DNA of 64,000 nucleotides from Eledone cirrhosa (Eukaryota): NCBI GenBank assembly GCA_964016885.1, contig OZ024743.1, positions 304,978,001 to 305,042,000 of the forward strand, read 5' to 3'. Shown piece by piece: positions 13,121 to 25,529 of this stretch (position 1 is its first letter; each line of letters starts with the position of its first letter). The notes under the pieces were generated by a model. It saw only the letters and a program-made list of their open reading frames with translations, ran no database searches and was not told where the DNA came from. The position numbers and the translations under genes were made by a program.

Positions 13121-15383
13121 GGAATAGTGTTCTGAACACAGAACCATACAACTATTTCAGTACACTGGGTAGTGACCACCGGCTTCTTATGAGTGAGGTC
13201 TGGGTGAGCTTAATAAAGAGCAAGGCTCGGCCCCGGAGAGCAATCTATGACTGGGGAGCTTTCAAGGAAGATGATAAGCTACAGGAGAGGTTCACAGTGG
13301 AAGTGAGAAACAGGTTCAGTGCTCTGTGTGGAGAGTCAGAGGAGAGAGAGATTGGATGGACTGAGGAGAGTGTGACGAGGCAGTACGGGCACTTCACCAA
13401 TGCAGTGGCGGAAGCAAGTGAAACCCTGGTGCCGAGGAAAAAGAACAAAAGGAAGCACGTCAGCTCTGCAAACCCAAAAGTGTGTGCATCCAGAGAACAC
13501 CTGAAAGCTGCCAAGGACCAATTCTCTGCTTATCCTACGGAGGAGAGGATGGAGACTGTGGAGGTGATGAGGGAAGAACTCTGTACCGCTTACACTGAGG
13601 CCAGAGAGGAGGCACTGATAGAGAAGATCAGAAGTGTGGAGAGAGCGGTTGACAGATCCGGATGTAAGGAGAGCTGGATGATCATAAAACGAGATCACAG
13701 GGAGGAAGAGGTGATCGATTCAGATCCAGGGAACGGGGTCCAAGGATAGGAAGAGGAAATGGCTAGACCATTTTAGGACCATATTAGGAGAGCCACTCTC
13801 CACAGCCCAGAGCACTGGGGAGATCAGGCGGCTGTTTGAGGAACTGGATATTGAGACAGAGCCCTTCACCAGAGAGGAGCTTCAGAGAGCCAAGAAGAGG
13901 ATCAAGGAGGGCAAGGCTCATGGAGAAGATGGAGTGGCATCAGAGGTAATGAAGAGGTGTGATTTTGATGATATCATCCTGGGGTTCTGTAACCGGGCAC
14001 TGGAGAAAGGAGTTGCCCCGAATCAGTGGAGGATCAGTAACATCGTCCCAGTGCCAAAGAAGGGAGATCTCTCTAACACCAACAACTACAGGGGGATCTC
14101 ACTGACGTCACTTGTGGCAAAGACCCTCAACAGGATGATTCTTAACAGGATCCAGCCTGAGATGGAGAAGAAGCTCAGGGACAACCAGAACGGTTTCAGA
14201 GAGGGAAGATCAACCACCAGTCATATCCTGATGCTGAGGAGGATATTAGAGGGAGCTAGAGCAAAGTGCCTTCCTGCAGTCATGGTTTTCATTGACTTTA
14301 GGAAGGCCTTTGATTCTGTGGACCGTAACTGCCTGATGACGATCTTACAGGCTTATGGAATCCCCAAGAAGATAGTGGACCTGATATAACTGCTCTACAC
14401 CAACACCAAAGCCCAAGTCATTACACCTGATGGGATGACAGAGATCTTTGAGATACTGGCTGGAGTGCTCCAGGGAGATACATAGCTCCCTACCTTTTTA
14501 TGATCGTAGTGGACTATTGTATGCGCCTTGCACTGGAGAAACACCAGGACTCTGGCTTTACTGTAGCACCGGCTCAGAGCAGGAGAGTTAAGGCGAAAAA
14601 GGTATCGGATGCTGAATTTGCCGACAACATAGTTTTGGTGACAAATACAGTGCAGGAGGCAGAGGATTTGATGCGGGAGGTTGAGACTGTGTCGATGAGT
14701 GTGGGGCTGAGAATGAATGAGACTAAAACAAAATATCTGGTAGAGAATGTTGAGAAGCCAGAGGGGATCACTAATGTAGGCAGGAAGCTGCTAGAATTGG
14801 TTGAGGGCTTCCTGTATTTGGGAGCAAAGATTGGGAATATGGAAGATGATGTGGTTGAGAGGAAGAGCAAAGCCTGGGCAGCGTGCCACAGCTTGAGATC
14901 GGTGTGGAAGTCGGACCTTTGTAAAGACCTGAAAATCCGCCTCTTCATTGCTGTAGTGGAGTCTGTGCTGCTGTACGGGTTTGAGACTTGGACACTGACC
15001 AAGAAACTCACTCAGATAGTGGATGGGTGCTACACGAGAATGCTGAGGATGGCTCTGAACATTAATCAATATACACTGAGGATGAAAAACTCAGAGCTGT
15101 ATGGGAGCATCCCAAAAGTCAGCTCAAAAGTGACACAGAGGAGATTGAGGTTAGCTGGACATGCTCACTGACATCCAGAGTTGACATTACACTCAGTGCT
15201 CCTGTGGGAGCCCCTACATGGACACACTAGAAGAGGAAGACCAAGGTTAACGTATGTTGATGCCATAAGGACAGACACTGGTCTGTTGGAGATGCAGGAT
15301 ATGGCAGCGATAATGAGAGACAGAGACCGCTGGAGAGAACTCGTCCATGGATCTCGGGAATTTTCCCTGCCTTAGATGGATAG
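13121..15383 (+). mobile_element. 5'-truncated RTE-clade LINE inserted into the hAT transposase
   Basis: NYRGISL, NQNGFREGRST, FIDFRKAFDSV, GVLQGD, EFADN, LLYGFETW, RRGRP. Perfect 10-bp TSD atacttagtc (13111-13120, 15384-15393); short tagatggatag tail. Confidence 0.93.
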
Positions 15384-16947
15384 ATACTTAGTCAAGAGGA
15401 GGTTTGGTGCTGTTTCCAGACTGCACAGTAAGGCTCGCAACTGCTACAATGTAATTACACGTGGAGAACTCCGGCTACATCTTAAGAAAATCCAGCCTGA
15501 CGTCAAAGAGTTAGCTAGACTCCATAAAGTTCAAGGGTCCCATTGAAATGAGGTCAAAGTTAAAGTAAGTTGATTTATCCGAAAACTTGGATATGCTATT
15601 GTTACAAAGCAAACTAACAATTTTTTTTATTTGTAGTTGCAGTCTGACTGGACTGGAAACCATCTACTATAATTCACTAACTCATGTGTTCTATATATTT
15701 TACCATTTACTAATAAATATACCCTCCCGCGTGGTCATGAAGCCTCTTCTGTGGTCTCTAAGCTCACAAGAGGGGACATCAAGTTAGATATCAACATTTA
15801 TTCTGTCCGTTTCATTAAAGGGAAAATTGGAAAGCTTTGAAATGATATAATTGCCACTTTCTTCCAGATAAGAGCACTCTTGGGATAGACAGAGTTGCTC
15901 TTGTATAAATGGTCAAAATAGCTGGTATCGCCTGGTGGAAATATAACAAATTCAACTGGTCCTTATTCATAAAAAAGAACATTTACATTCCTTTTTTTGA
16001 AATTTATATATTTCCTTTCAAGGAATGTATTTATACTCTCAGCTGCCTGCAATGGTATCTTTGGAATATTGTTAATCGATTTTTTACTAATCTACTAATA
16101 TCAAAATCAGTAGTATATTGAAAAATGGAAAAATAGGGTAGGAGGCGTTTCGTGATTTCGAGGGACAAAAGGGGGCGTTTGGCCTAAATGGGTTGAGAAC
16201 CTGTGCTCTAGATCATGAAATAATGAATAGGATTGCACGGCTACTGTTGCCTTTGGAAATATGTGAGCAAGAGTATGGAATGAGAGAGGATTCAGTTTGA
16301 AAACCAAAATCTCAGTTGACCATGCAGTTGTCTCAACATTGCTGTATGAATCTGAACTGTGGGCACCATATAGAAAACATATACAGCTAGATACTTTCCA
16401 CAAGAGATGTCTTACAAATATCTGTGATTTCATATGGAAGGATAAAGTCTCTAATGAACAGTTATTTCATAAATGTGATATACAAAGCTCAGAAGCCTTC
16501 TTAATAAAGTCTGAATGATGGATTGGTCATGTTGCTAGGATGAATGACGAAAAAGTGCTTAAAATTCTAACAGCTTACTTTAAGCAGGAGTGCAAAATGA
16601 AGGAAGAGCCCATCTTAAATACAAGCATAAACTGAAGAAGAATATTAAGCACATTGTAATACAGCCAACAGTATTTTAGGAATATGCTGCTGACCGTTAT
16701 AGGTGGAGGAAAATCCGTCAAAAGATATCAGGAGCCATGTCAACACAAGGATTGAGCATATAGGCGATCAGGGCAAAGTGAAAGGAATGTAGTTTTTGTT
16801 CAAAGATTTGTGTGTGAAAGATGCAGCTGGTGTGCAAAAGCAGGGCAGATTTAGTCTCACAGAGAAGACACAAAAACTAAAATGTGGAGAAAAGGGAAAG
16901 TAAAATATTTTGACCCTCATACGTCGAAAACGATGAGAGAGTCAATC

Positions 16948-16963
16948 ATATATATATATATAT

Positions 16964-17061
<98 letters not shown>

Positions 17062-17062
17062 A
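16948..17062. repeat. Compound (TA)n(TG)n microsatellite
   Basis: Direct inspection. Confidence 0.95.
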
Positions 17063-17197
17063 TATATTTATGACAGCGTGTAATTTCTATTTGCGAGAAC
17101 TGCTGGATTTTAATCTACCAGTCTCTTCTTAGCGCTGAGGGAGACCATCACCATTATATTGATGTCGATATAATTCTTATATCGATATTTATTTGGA

Positions 17198-17326
17198 CAT
17201 CCACTGATGAGTTTATAAGGGCCCGCTTGTATATAAAACTACGGATTATATACAAGTTTCTACATAACCTGGAAATGATTTATCCCAATTTGTAGAAATC
17301 TTATAACGAAACGGCCATCTTGAAGG
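17198..17326 (+). ncRNA. Hammerhead-ribozyme-like motif (type I, Penelope pLTR type) with an enlarged branched stem II; probably degenerate
   Basis: catcca-CTGATGA-gtttataag ... cttataac-GAAAC-ggccatc; two perfect hairpins inside stem II; stem III and the 3' strand of stem I are mismatched. Confidence 0.6.
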
Positions 17327-17951
17327 AAGAGATATTTATTTAATAATGTCTCATATAAAATAATACAACCAGCTATCCACGAAATACTGATTAGTTAGCA
17401 CCCAAACAACTAAATTGGGATAATACTTAAGTATATCCTAATGTTTGTTGAGTGAGATGGAATTGGTCGGAGTATCGCTTAAGGCTTTCTCTGTTTATGT
17501 ATTGTATATATATATATATATATATAGTTGAAGGAGACAACAAACAGAGGTACAGAATGTCTTATTAGTTTCATGTTTTATATTGGAAAGAAGAAAGAAA
17601 CTTTGACATGTTGGTCTTAAGCCCTTCTTCAGGAGTACAAATAGAGACAGGATCACAATAGAGAAACAGATATCTATATACATATGTATGTGATTGACAG
17701 GTGAGAGAAAAGTAGAGTTGTAATATGCCAAAGTAGAGTTATAATATTCATTTTATTAAGGCTAAATAGAAAGTCTTTTTACTCCAGAGCCTTGCCTGTT
17801 TATCATAGGGTCATCAGTCTGAGGAACCTGTGATATATATATACATATATATATACTATATTATATTTAGAGATTGAACTCATAGTTGTTTACAATTAAT
17901 CAGCTCAAAGAAAGAGGCATTTCTGAGCAGTGAAATACAAGTTATATATTA

Positions 17952-18112
17952 ATATATATGATAAACACAAACGTGTTTGTATTGTAAGAGACAAAGTTAG
18001 CTAGCATGAAATAAACTAATTAAAGTGAATCCAATTTGTATTCACTTTAATTAGTTTATTTCATGCTAGCTAACTTTGTCTCTTACAATACAAACACGTT
18101 TGTGTTTATCAT

Positions 18113-18118
<6 letters not shown>
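17952..18118. repeat. Perfect palindrome, 79-bp arms and 9-nt spacer
   Basis: 17952-18030 is the reverse complement of 18040-18118. Confidence 0.95.
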
Positions 18119-18160
<42 letters not shown>

Positions 18161-18180
18161 GTGTTTGTGAGTGTGTGTGT

Positions 18181-18520
18181 ATCATCATCATTATCACCAT
18201 TTAACATACATTTTCCATGCTAACATGGGTTTGACGAGCTGTCCCATTAGAGGCAAGTCGGATCAGGTAACTGTATCTTGTTCATACGGAACTATCTCTG
18301 GCCTGGATTCTATGGATGGATGCCCTTCATAATGCCAACCACATTTACAGTGTGGACTGGGTGCTTTTTATTGAGGTAACACAATGACCTCTTTACAGTA
18401 TGAACTGGGCATATTTTGTCATGACACCAACATGCCCACTTTACGTTGTGGACTGGGCTCTTTTTGTCATGGCACAAAAACAACCACTTTAAGGTATGGA
18501 CTTGAGCCTGGGGCATGGGG
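18181..18520 (-). mobile_element. SINE or LINE-3'-UTR copy with (GAT)n tail and internal tandem repeats
   Basis: Similar to 2281-2620 and to the reverse complement of 21690-21907 (ggatgcccttc.taatgccaacc, ccatgcta.catgg). Confidence 0.75.
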
Positions 18521-18749
18521 GTGAAGAGTGGGGGTTAGAACATGCGAGGAGTGTTAGCGTATGGGAGGTGAATGGAAAGGGGGGATAGGCAGAAACTGGT
18601 GCATACTAGATATATGGTTCAACCGGTGCACATTGAAAGATGTGAATATATATATATGGAAGGAGAGAGACAAAGAGATATGTAAAATCCCTACTGCCGT
18701 GCCAAAAGGTATATATATATATATATATAAATATATATAATTAAAATAA

Positions 18750-21700
18750 GACTAGTTTTAAATAGAACTACTGTGACAATAATATCAGCTTATGCACCCC
18801 AATCTGGTCTACCTGAGGTTATAAAGGACAGGTTCTATGAAACGCTAATGCACACTACCTCCCAAGTAACCGACAGCGACTACTTAATTATTGCTGGCGA
18901 CCTAAACGGTCACGTTGGACAACATAGTGATGGCTATGATGGAATCCATGGAGGCTATGGAGTTGGAAAAAGAAATGAGGAGGGCATCAGAATCCTGGAA
19001 TTCTGTGACGCTAATAACCTAACTATCTGTAACACAAACTTCAAAAAACGAGAAAACCAATTGATCACTATAGATCAGGGCAACACACCAGCCAGATAGA
19101 TTATAACCTTACTAGAAGACGTGACAAAGTGTCTGTTGTAAACACTAAAGCCCTACTCTGTAAAGAATGCACCTCCCAACATAGCCTAGTAGTTACTGAC
19201 CTCATAGTCAGGAATAGACGTACTCGACGACTGAGGAGGCCTACCTTGAGGAGAAGGATATGGTAGTTGAAGGACCCCATAGCCAGTGACAAATTTAAAA
19301 GCTTATTACTTGATGCCTTTGACAATAAGGAAGAGCAATTAGAGACGTACAATATAGAGGAACAGTGGGAATTCTCGAAAGTGAACCTGCTGAAAGCAAC
19401 GGATGAAATTTGTGGCTGGAGCAGACCTATAGGCAGGAGGAGAGTAACTTGTGGTGGAACAGTAAGGTGGAGGAGTCAATCACCAAAAAGCAGGCTTGGA
19501 AAGTATGGCAGGATGGGGGAAGTAGAGAACACTATCAAGTGACCAGCAGAGAAGCTAGGAGACAAGTGTCCCTTGCAAAAAGGGAAGCAGAGGATAGAAG
19601 GTTCAAGCATGTTCTACAATGCGAGGACCAAAAACGTGAGGTGTTCAGGATTGTTAGACAATGTGTGAAGGAAAACCATGATATTGTCGGGGAGAAGTGT
19701 GTCCATAATGATATTGTTGTACTTGCCCTCACTGATACTGATAAGAGGATAGCCTGGAAGTGTCACTACGAGAGACTATTAAATGAGGAGAATAAATGGG
19801 AAAAAGATAGTCTGCCCCAAATCGATCCAAAAGAAGGACCAGCGGTGCAAGTTAAAGGTAGTATAATAACTAAGGCAATCAAAGATATGAAGACAGGCAA
19901 GGCAGCTGGGCCTTCGAGATAGTTTCTGAGATGTTGAAGGCATCTGGAATGGTGGGACATACTATGGTCACCCGTATAGTTAACCAAGTAATACAGAATG
20001 GGGTCATACCAAAAGACTGGCGTAGCATCATCATCATTAACTGCAACAAGGGTAAAGGGGATGCTCTAAATAGGGGAAAATACAGAGGCATTCAGTTAGT
20101 TGACCAGGTCATGAAGGTCACAGAAAGAGTTATAGCGCACTAATCAGAGAAATGCAGATGAAATGCAGTTTGGGTTTGTAGAAGTACCACATACGTACTT
20201 TTCCTTGTACGACAACTACAGGAGAAGTATCTAGCTAAAAGTAAACCCCTCTACTTAGCTTTTGTAGACCTGGAGAAAGCCTTTGACAGAGTTCCAAACT
20301 ACATCATCTGGTGGGCTCCTAGAAAACTAGGTGTAGATGAATGGCATGTGAGATCTATACAAGCTTTGTATAAAGAAACAGTCAGTAAGGTTAGAATTAA
20401 CAATGAATATTGTGAAGAATTTATTGTAAAAGTTGGTGTTCATCAAGGCTCTGTCCTTAGCCCCTTCCTATTTATTATTGCCCTTCAGGCTATAACAGAG
20501 GAGTTCAAGACTGGCTGCCCATGGGAACTCCTATAAGCAGATGATCTAACTCCCATAGCTGAATCTATGGCTGAACTAGAGAAGAAATAACCAAACATGG
20601 AAGCATGGCCTAGAATAAAAAGGCCTTAAAGTTAACTTGTCTAAGACTAAAGTTCTAGTTTGTAGAAAGGAAAATAGGCCACAGGTACCCTCAGGGAAAT
20701 GACCATGCTCAGTGTGTAGGAAAGGAGTAGGCAGAAATTCCATTTTATGTCCCAAATGCAAACTATGGATACATAAAAGAGGTAGTGGGATCACAGGTAA
20801 ACTGTCTAAGAATGTAGACTTTATATGTGGCCAATGCTCAGGGGCAATAAGTAGCAAGTTCCCAGAGGATACTAGCTCCTTCTATTGCCCAGATGGTTCT
20901 ATAGAAATAGTGGACACTTTCTGTTACTTAGGTGACGAAATCAGCAGTGGTGGAGGGTGTTCTGAAAGTACAGTAGCCAGAGTCAGAACGGGATGGAAAA
21001 AGTTTAGAGAAGTTATACCACTGTTGGCTACAAAAGGTTTCTCTGTAAAAATGAAAGGCAGACTGTATGATGCCTATATACAAACAGCAATGATACATTG
21101 CAGTGAGACATGGGCATTGCATGCAGAGGACCTGCGCAAACTGGAAAGGAATGAAGCATGCATGCTCCATTGGATGTGTAATAGTAATATACGTGAATGG
21201 CAAAGCATAAATAAACTAAGTGAGAAATTAGGAATAAGAGGGATCAGATGCTATTTACTTGAGAGAAGACTACGTTGGTATGGCCATGTGATGCGCATGA
21301 AATATGACAGCTGTATAAAAAAGTACAGGGCGATCAAAATTGATGGTAGTTACGGAGTAGGTATACTCAGAAAAAGCTGGGACGATCTGATAAATTCTGA
21401 CCTTACACACTTGCACCTCTCTATGACAATGTCACTGGACCGAGATCTTTGGTGCTATGCAGTAATACAGAAGACCCGCCTTGCCTATGTACAAAGCAGA
21501 ACCTACAATCAGTAGGCACCTCTTAACCAAATATACACCCCAATCCACTACCTCTACCCTATCCTCCCACTCCCACCAACACCACCCTCTCTCTGTAAAG
21601 TTGGTACCACAACATCCAATCCAAATAAATGAGATAATAAGATTGGGATCGTGTAGGTGTCACAACAAAAAAACACACAGTCCACACTGAAATGTGGCCG

Positions 21701-21907
21701 TGTAGGTAACATGGTAAAAAGTTCCCAGTTCCACACTGTAAATGTGGTTGATGTTAGGAAGGGCATCCAGCCGTAGAAGACCTGCCAGATAGTCCTATAT
21801 GAGCGAAATAGGTCACCCAACCAACCTTGCTTCAAGTGGGACAACTCTCGTCTAACCCATGCTAGCATGGAAGATGGACATTAAACGAAGATGATGATGA
21901 TGATGAT
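18750..21907 (+). mobile_element. Near-complete but decayed RTE LINE (APE + RT + PHD-like finger + 3' UTR)
   Basis: SAYAPQ, GDLNGHVG, GKAAGPS, YRGIQLVD, FVDLEKAFDRV, GVHQGSVLSP, CSVCRKG..CPKCKLWIH..CGQC, RLRWYGHV; (GAT)n tail near 21890-21907; many stops and frameshifts. Confidence 0.92.
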
Positions 21908-22909
21908 GTGTGTGTGTGTTTTTGTATGTGTTTATCTATAAATTCTTCAATCAGCCTGTTTGCCTATCTAAGGGTACAAACATCTCCAGAAATCTATGTG
22001 AATATGTGTTCAATACATATATGAGAGTAACTCAACATATTTAATCAACTAATGAAAAGAAACAATTTTCCATTCCTATTTCATAGTAAAATCATTAGCA
22101 AAGGAAAAATATCTACTGAAATACAATTCCTCCAGCCAAATAAACCTAAAATATACCATGAGCAAGTAATGAATTGCATGTAAATACGAGTGGAAGCTAG
22201 AATTTGGCAAAATATATCCTTTGTAAGCAGCAAGAACATTGATGTAACAGGCTCTATTAAATTCTTGGAAGACTCTTTAGTAGTGTATAGTTTATAAAGT
22301 GAAGATGGATGTTCTGAAAATACACTGGATTGAGTGAGAATTAGTTGAAAAATATTCATGGATCTACAACCTTGGTAGCTATAAACGGTTTCTCTATCTA
22401 AAAGCTAGATTTTATGATGCCCATACAAAGTGAGTAAGTCTTAGTACATGAACAATAAAGCATTACTGGACTAAGAGAAAAACTAGGTATGAGGGGGATG
22501 AGATGCAGCGTACATTAGAGTAGATCACATAAAGAAATGCAGGGCACTCAAAGTTGATGGAATCTGTGAAAATGAAAGAACTAAGAAAACATGAGATAAC
22601 ATGGTAAAAGCTGACCTCACTAAGCTGAACCTTACAATGGAGGTAACAAAAGCTAGAGAAAACCTGCCCTTTACTGTGAGCAGGATGACACAAGTATAGG
22701 GAGGATGGTAGTGTAGAGGTTAAGAGATATACCTACCGTTAGGCCCCTCACAAATATGCTCTATAACCTGCCCTTTTGATGATCCATTTGTCTCCCCATC
22801 CTACCTTAATCTGATTTTTCTCATTCTCTTAATTTCCCTCTTTATTATCTAAATCACTCTACCCATCCCTGCTTTTACTCACTATAACTCATTGCCGACA
22901 TTATTTAAA

Positions 22910-23292
22910 GGTGGTGGATTGGCAGTGTCGGTAGAAGGTCGGACGCCATGCTTTCCAGCATAGTTACGTCCCTTTACGATCTGAGTTCAAATCCCGCTGA
23001 GGTTGACTTTGCCTTTCATCCTTACGGGGTCGATAAAATAAAGTACCAGTAATGCACTGGATAATTGCTGGCCTTGTGCCTAAAGTAGAAACAATTATTT
23101 AAAGGTGGTGGATTGGCAGTGTCGGTAGAAGGTCGGACGCCATGCTTTGATGCATAGAGTTACGGCCCTTGCTATTCTGTGTTCAAATCCCGCCGAGGTT
23201 AACTTTGCTTTTCATCTTTACGGGGTCGATAAAATAAAGTACCAGTAATGCACTGGGTAATTGCTGGCCTTGTGCCAAAAGTAGAAACAATT
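22910..23292 (+). mobile_element. Tandem pair of Meta-like SINEs (subtype A then subtype B)
   Basis: Monomers start at 22910 and 23104; attattta(aa) occurs before, between and after them. Confidence 0.88.
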
Positions 23293-24619
23293 ATTTATGA
23301 ATCTAATCTCCTTCCCCATCCACTACTCTGAGTTACCAGTCATCCTACCCTCTAATCAAGGCCGCCTTAACTACTCAACACTTGTTATTAACCTTTCTCT
23401 TTCCAACTTTTTCTGATGACTCTCTCAGCCATCATTTTCTGTCCCACCTAGTACCACTTTCATCATGCTCTTGTACCCTCCTCCAATATTACTATCCTCT
23501 ACATGGCGGAAGACAAAACATTTGTCCTAGTGCTGGTATCACAATCAAATAAACCCAGTACATGCTATCAAATGGTTTACATAAACAAGAGCATTCAGTC
23601 CTAGAAACCATGCCAGGATATGTTCATCTTATCTGTCTAATTGCAGACCATGCCAGCATGCAAAATGGACATGAAACAGTGATGATGATAATAATGATGT
23701 GTGCATAAAGGAAATGTTGGTTATGGATGTCACAGCTGAGGAGAGGGGCATAAGCTTGATTTCAGGTGTAGCTGTATAAGTTTAATAAAATAAAATGGAT
23801 TATGCTAAGAACTTTTTGATTAAAAGAAGTATTTCCTAATTAAGACAATCCAATAATTTAGTCTACTAGCTAAATGCCTAATAGCTTTTTCTGAAGTGTG
23901 AATTGTGTTTTTTTTTAAAGAATGTTGATTTAATAAATAGAATACTATGGCTACAGGTTGGTATGGTTAGGTTCCATGTAGCTTCTATAGTAGGAAATAC
24001 ACACAGATGCACACACAGCCGATACACCAGGGATATAAGCACTTACAGCACACATGAGATAGATTCACTGAATTGCCTGGAGTCTCCCTAGAAGTTGTTG
24101 GCAGATTATATTACCTAGGTAAACTAATCTGTAGTTGGAGAGGTTGATCTGAAAGTGTGTTAACCTGGGTAAGTATGGGTTGGAAGAAGTTAAAGGAATT
24201 AGTATCTGTGCTGACAACAAAGGACTTTCTAGTTTAGAGTGAAGGGTAGAGTGTATGATACCTGTGTGCAACCTGCAATGCTGCATAGCAGTAAGACATG
24301 AACTTTGACTGCAGAAGATCTGTGAAGGCTAGAATGAAATGAGGTGAGTATATTCGGCATGAATGATGTGAGATATTATCAAGCTGAGAAAAAATTCTGT
24401 AGAACAGTAACCTGATTTTGTATGCAAATACAATCAAAATATGAGAATCATTGATTATAGAATTTATTTTGCAGCATTTGAATTTTATAGAATACTTTTT
24501 CTTTAAAGTTCTTTTTCTTTAAAGTTCTTTTTCTGCTGAATAAAACAATCGAATTTGAAATGTCATGATAATTCTTATTTTGTTGATTTTCTCCATTTTT
24601 TCTTTAATTTTCAAATCAG

Positions 24620-24753
24620 GTACATATCAAAATATTTTACAAGAGACAAAGGTTTATGTGATTGATAATTCATACTGCAAGAAATATTATCCAAATCTAG
24701 TGAATAACACATTTTGTGCCAATAATAAAGAAGATTATCAGCCAACCTGCTAT
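24620..24753 (+). CDS. S1A serine protease, penultimate exon
   Basis: Acceptor tcaaatcag|, donor |gtaagt. Translates (G)TYQNILQETKVYVIDNSYCKKYYPNLVNNTFCANNKEDYQPTCY. Phase 1 in matches the previous exon; phase 0 out. Confidence 0.92.
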
Positions 24754-24789
24754 GTAAGTATAAACTATTCTCTCATTAATTATTTCTGA

Positions 24790-25165
24790 TGGCGGTGATT
24801 TGGCAGTATCGGACATGCTTTCCAGCATAGTTATGTCCCTTTACGATCTGAGTTCAAATCCCGCCGAGGTTAACTTTGCCTCTCATCCTTACGGGGTCGA
24901 TAAAATAAAGTACCAGTAATGTACTGGGTAATTGCTGGCCTTGTGTCTAAAATAGAAACAATTAATTATTTCTGATGGCGGTGGAATGGCAGTATCGGTA
25001 GAGGGTCGGACGCCATGCTTTGACACATAGAGTTACGGCCCTCGCCATTCTGAGTTCAAATCCTGCCGAAGTTAACTTTGTCTTTCATCCTTACAGGGTC
25101 AATAAAATAAAGTACCAGTAATGTACTGGGTTATTGCTGGCCTTGTGCCAAAAGTAGAAACAATT
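24790..25165 (+). mobile_element. Tandem pair of Meta-like SINEs (subtype A then subtype B)
   Basis: The 15-bp attaattatttctga occurs at 24775, 24961 and 25163, flanking both monomers. Confidence 0.88.
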
Positions 25166-25529
25166 AATTATTTCTGACAGTTGAAAGAGTTCTTGTAATG
25201 TACAAAATGAAGAATTGTTGTTGCTTTTGTTATTTAGCAGGCCAGTATCTGGTCAAAAACATTCAAGGCCTGACTAAATCATCTACCTTTAAGCCATAAT
25301 AGATATGGGACTACATTATCCTATATCTCCCTCCTTAAATTTGGCAGCTATTTCTTGCCCGTAAAGGGATATAATTTTATACTGCAAAGCATGGCGTCCG
25401 ACCTTCTACCAAAACTGCCAAAGTAACTTGCAAAGACTGTTGAAAAAAAGCCAGTTATAGAATCTGCAGAGGATTGCAAATAATTAGAAGGAAGCTTCTA
25501 AAAGAGTCTAAAGTATTTTGAGCCTGGCA

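Larger units (their letters stand above)
11487..16205 (+). mobile_element. hAT (Buster/Charlie-type) DNA transposon with decayed transposase
   Basis: TIRs caaaggttctcaac / gttgagaacctgtg and a perfect 8-bp TSD ctctagat (11479-11486, 16206-16213). Transposase fragments CATDDARAM, HNEVRWLS, FPSSYLV...GELRL...HKVQGSH* (stop 15546). Confidence 0.93.
7740..16870 (+). mobile_element. Old RTE-BovB-like LINE, split into three pieces (7740-9422, 11093-11486, 16206-16870) by younger insertions
   Basis: Collinear motifs LGDFNARIG, WTHPRSKEWHLIDY, AIPAELYKYG, PESQSGF, FVDITKAF | KQGCVMAP, LFADAAAL, YLG | LLYESELW; reading resumes across each insertion. Confidence 0.85.

Noticed and set aside
18181-21907. 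RTE flanked by an inverted copy of its own 3' UTR (twin priming)
   Set aside because: The two UTR-like copies are clearly diverged and the family is abundant, so independent insertions are simpler.
23930-24440. Possible decayed retroelement coding fragment on the minus strand
   Set aside because: No diagnostic motif could be read with confidence.
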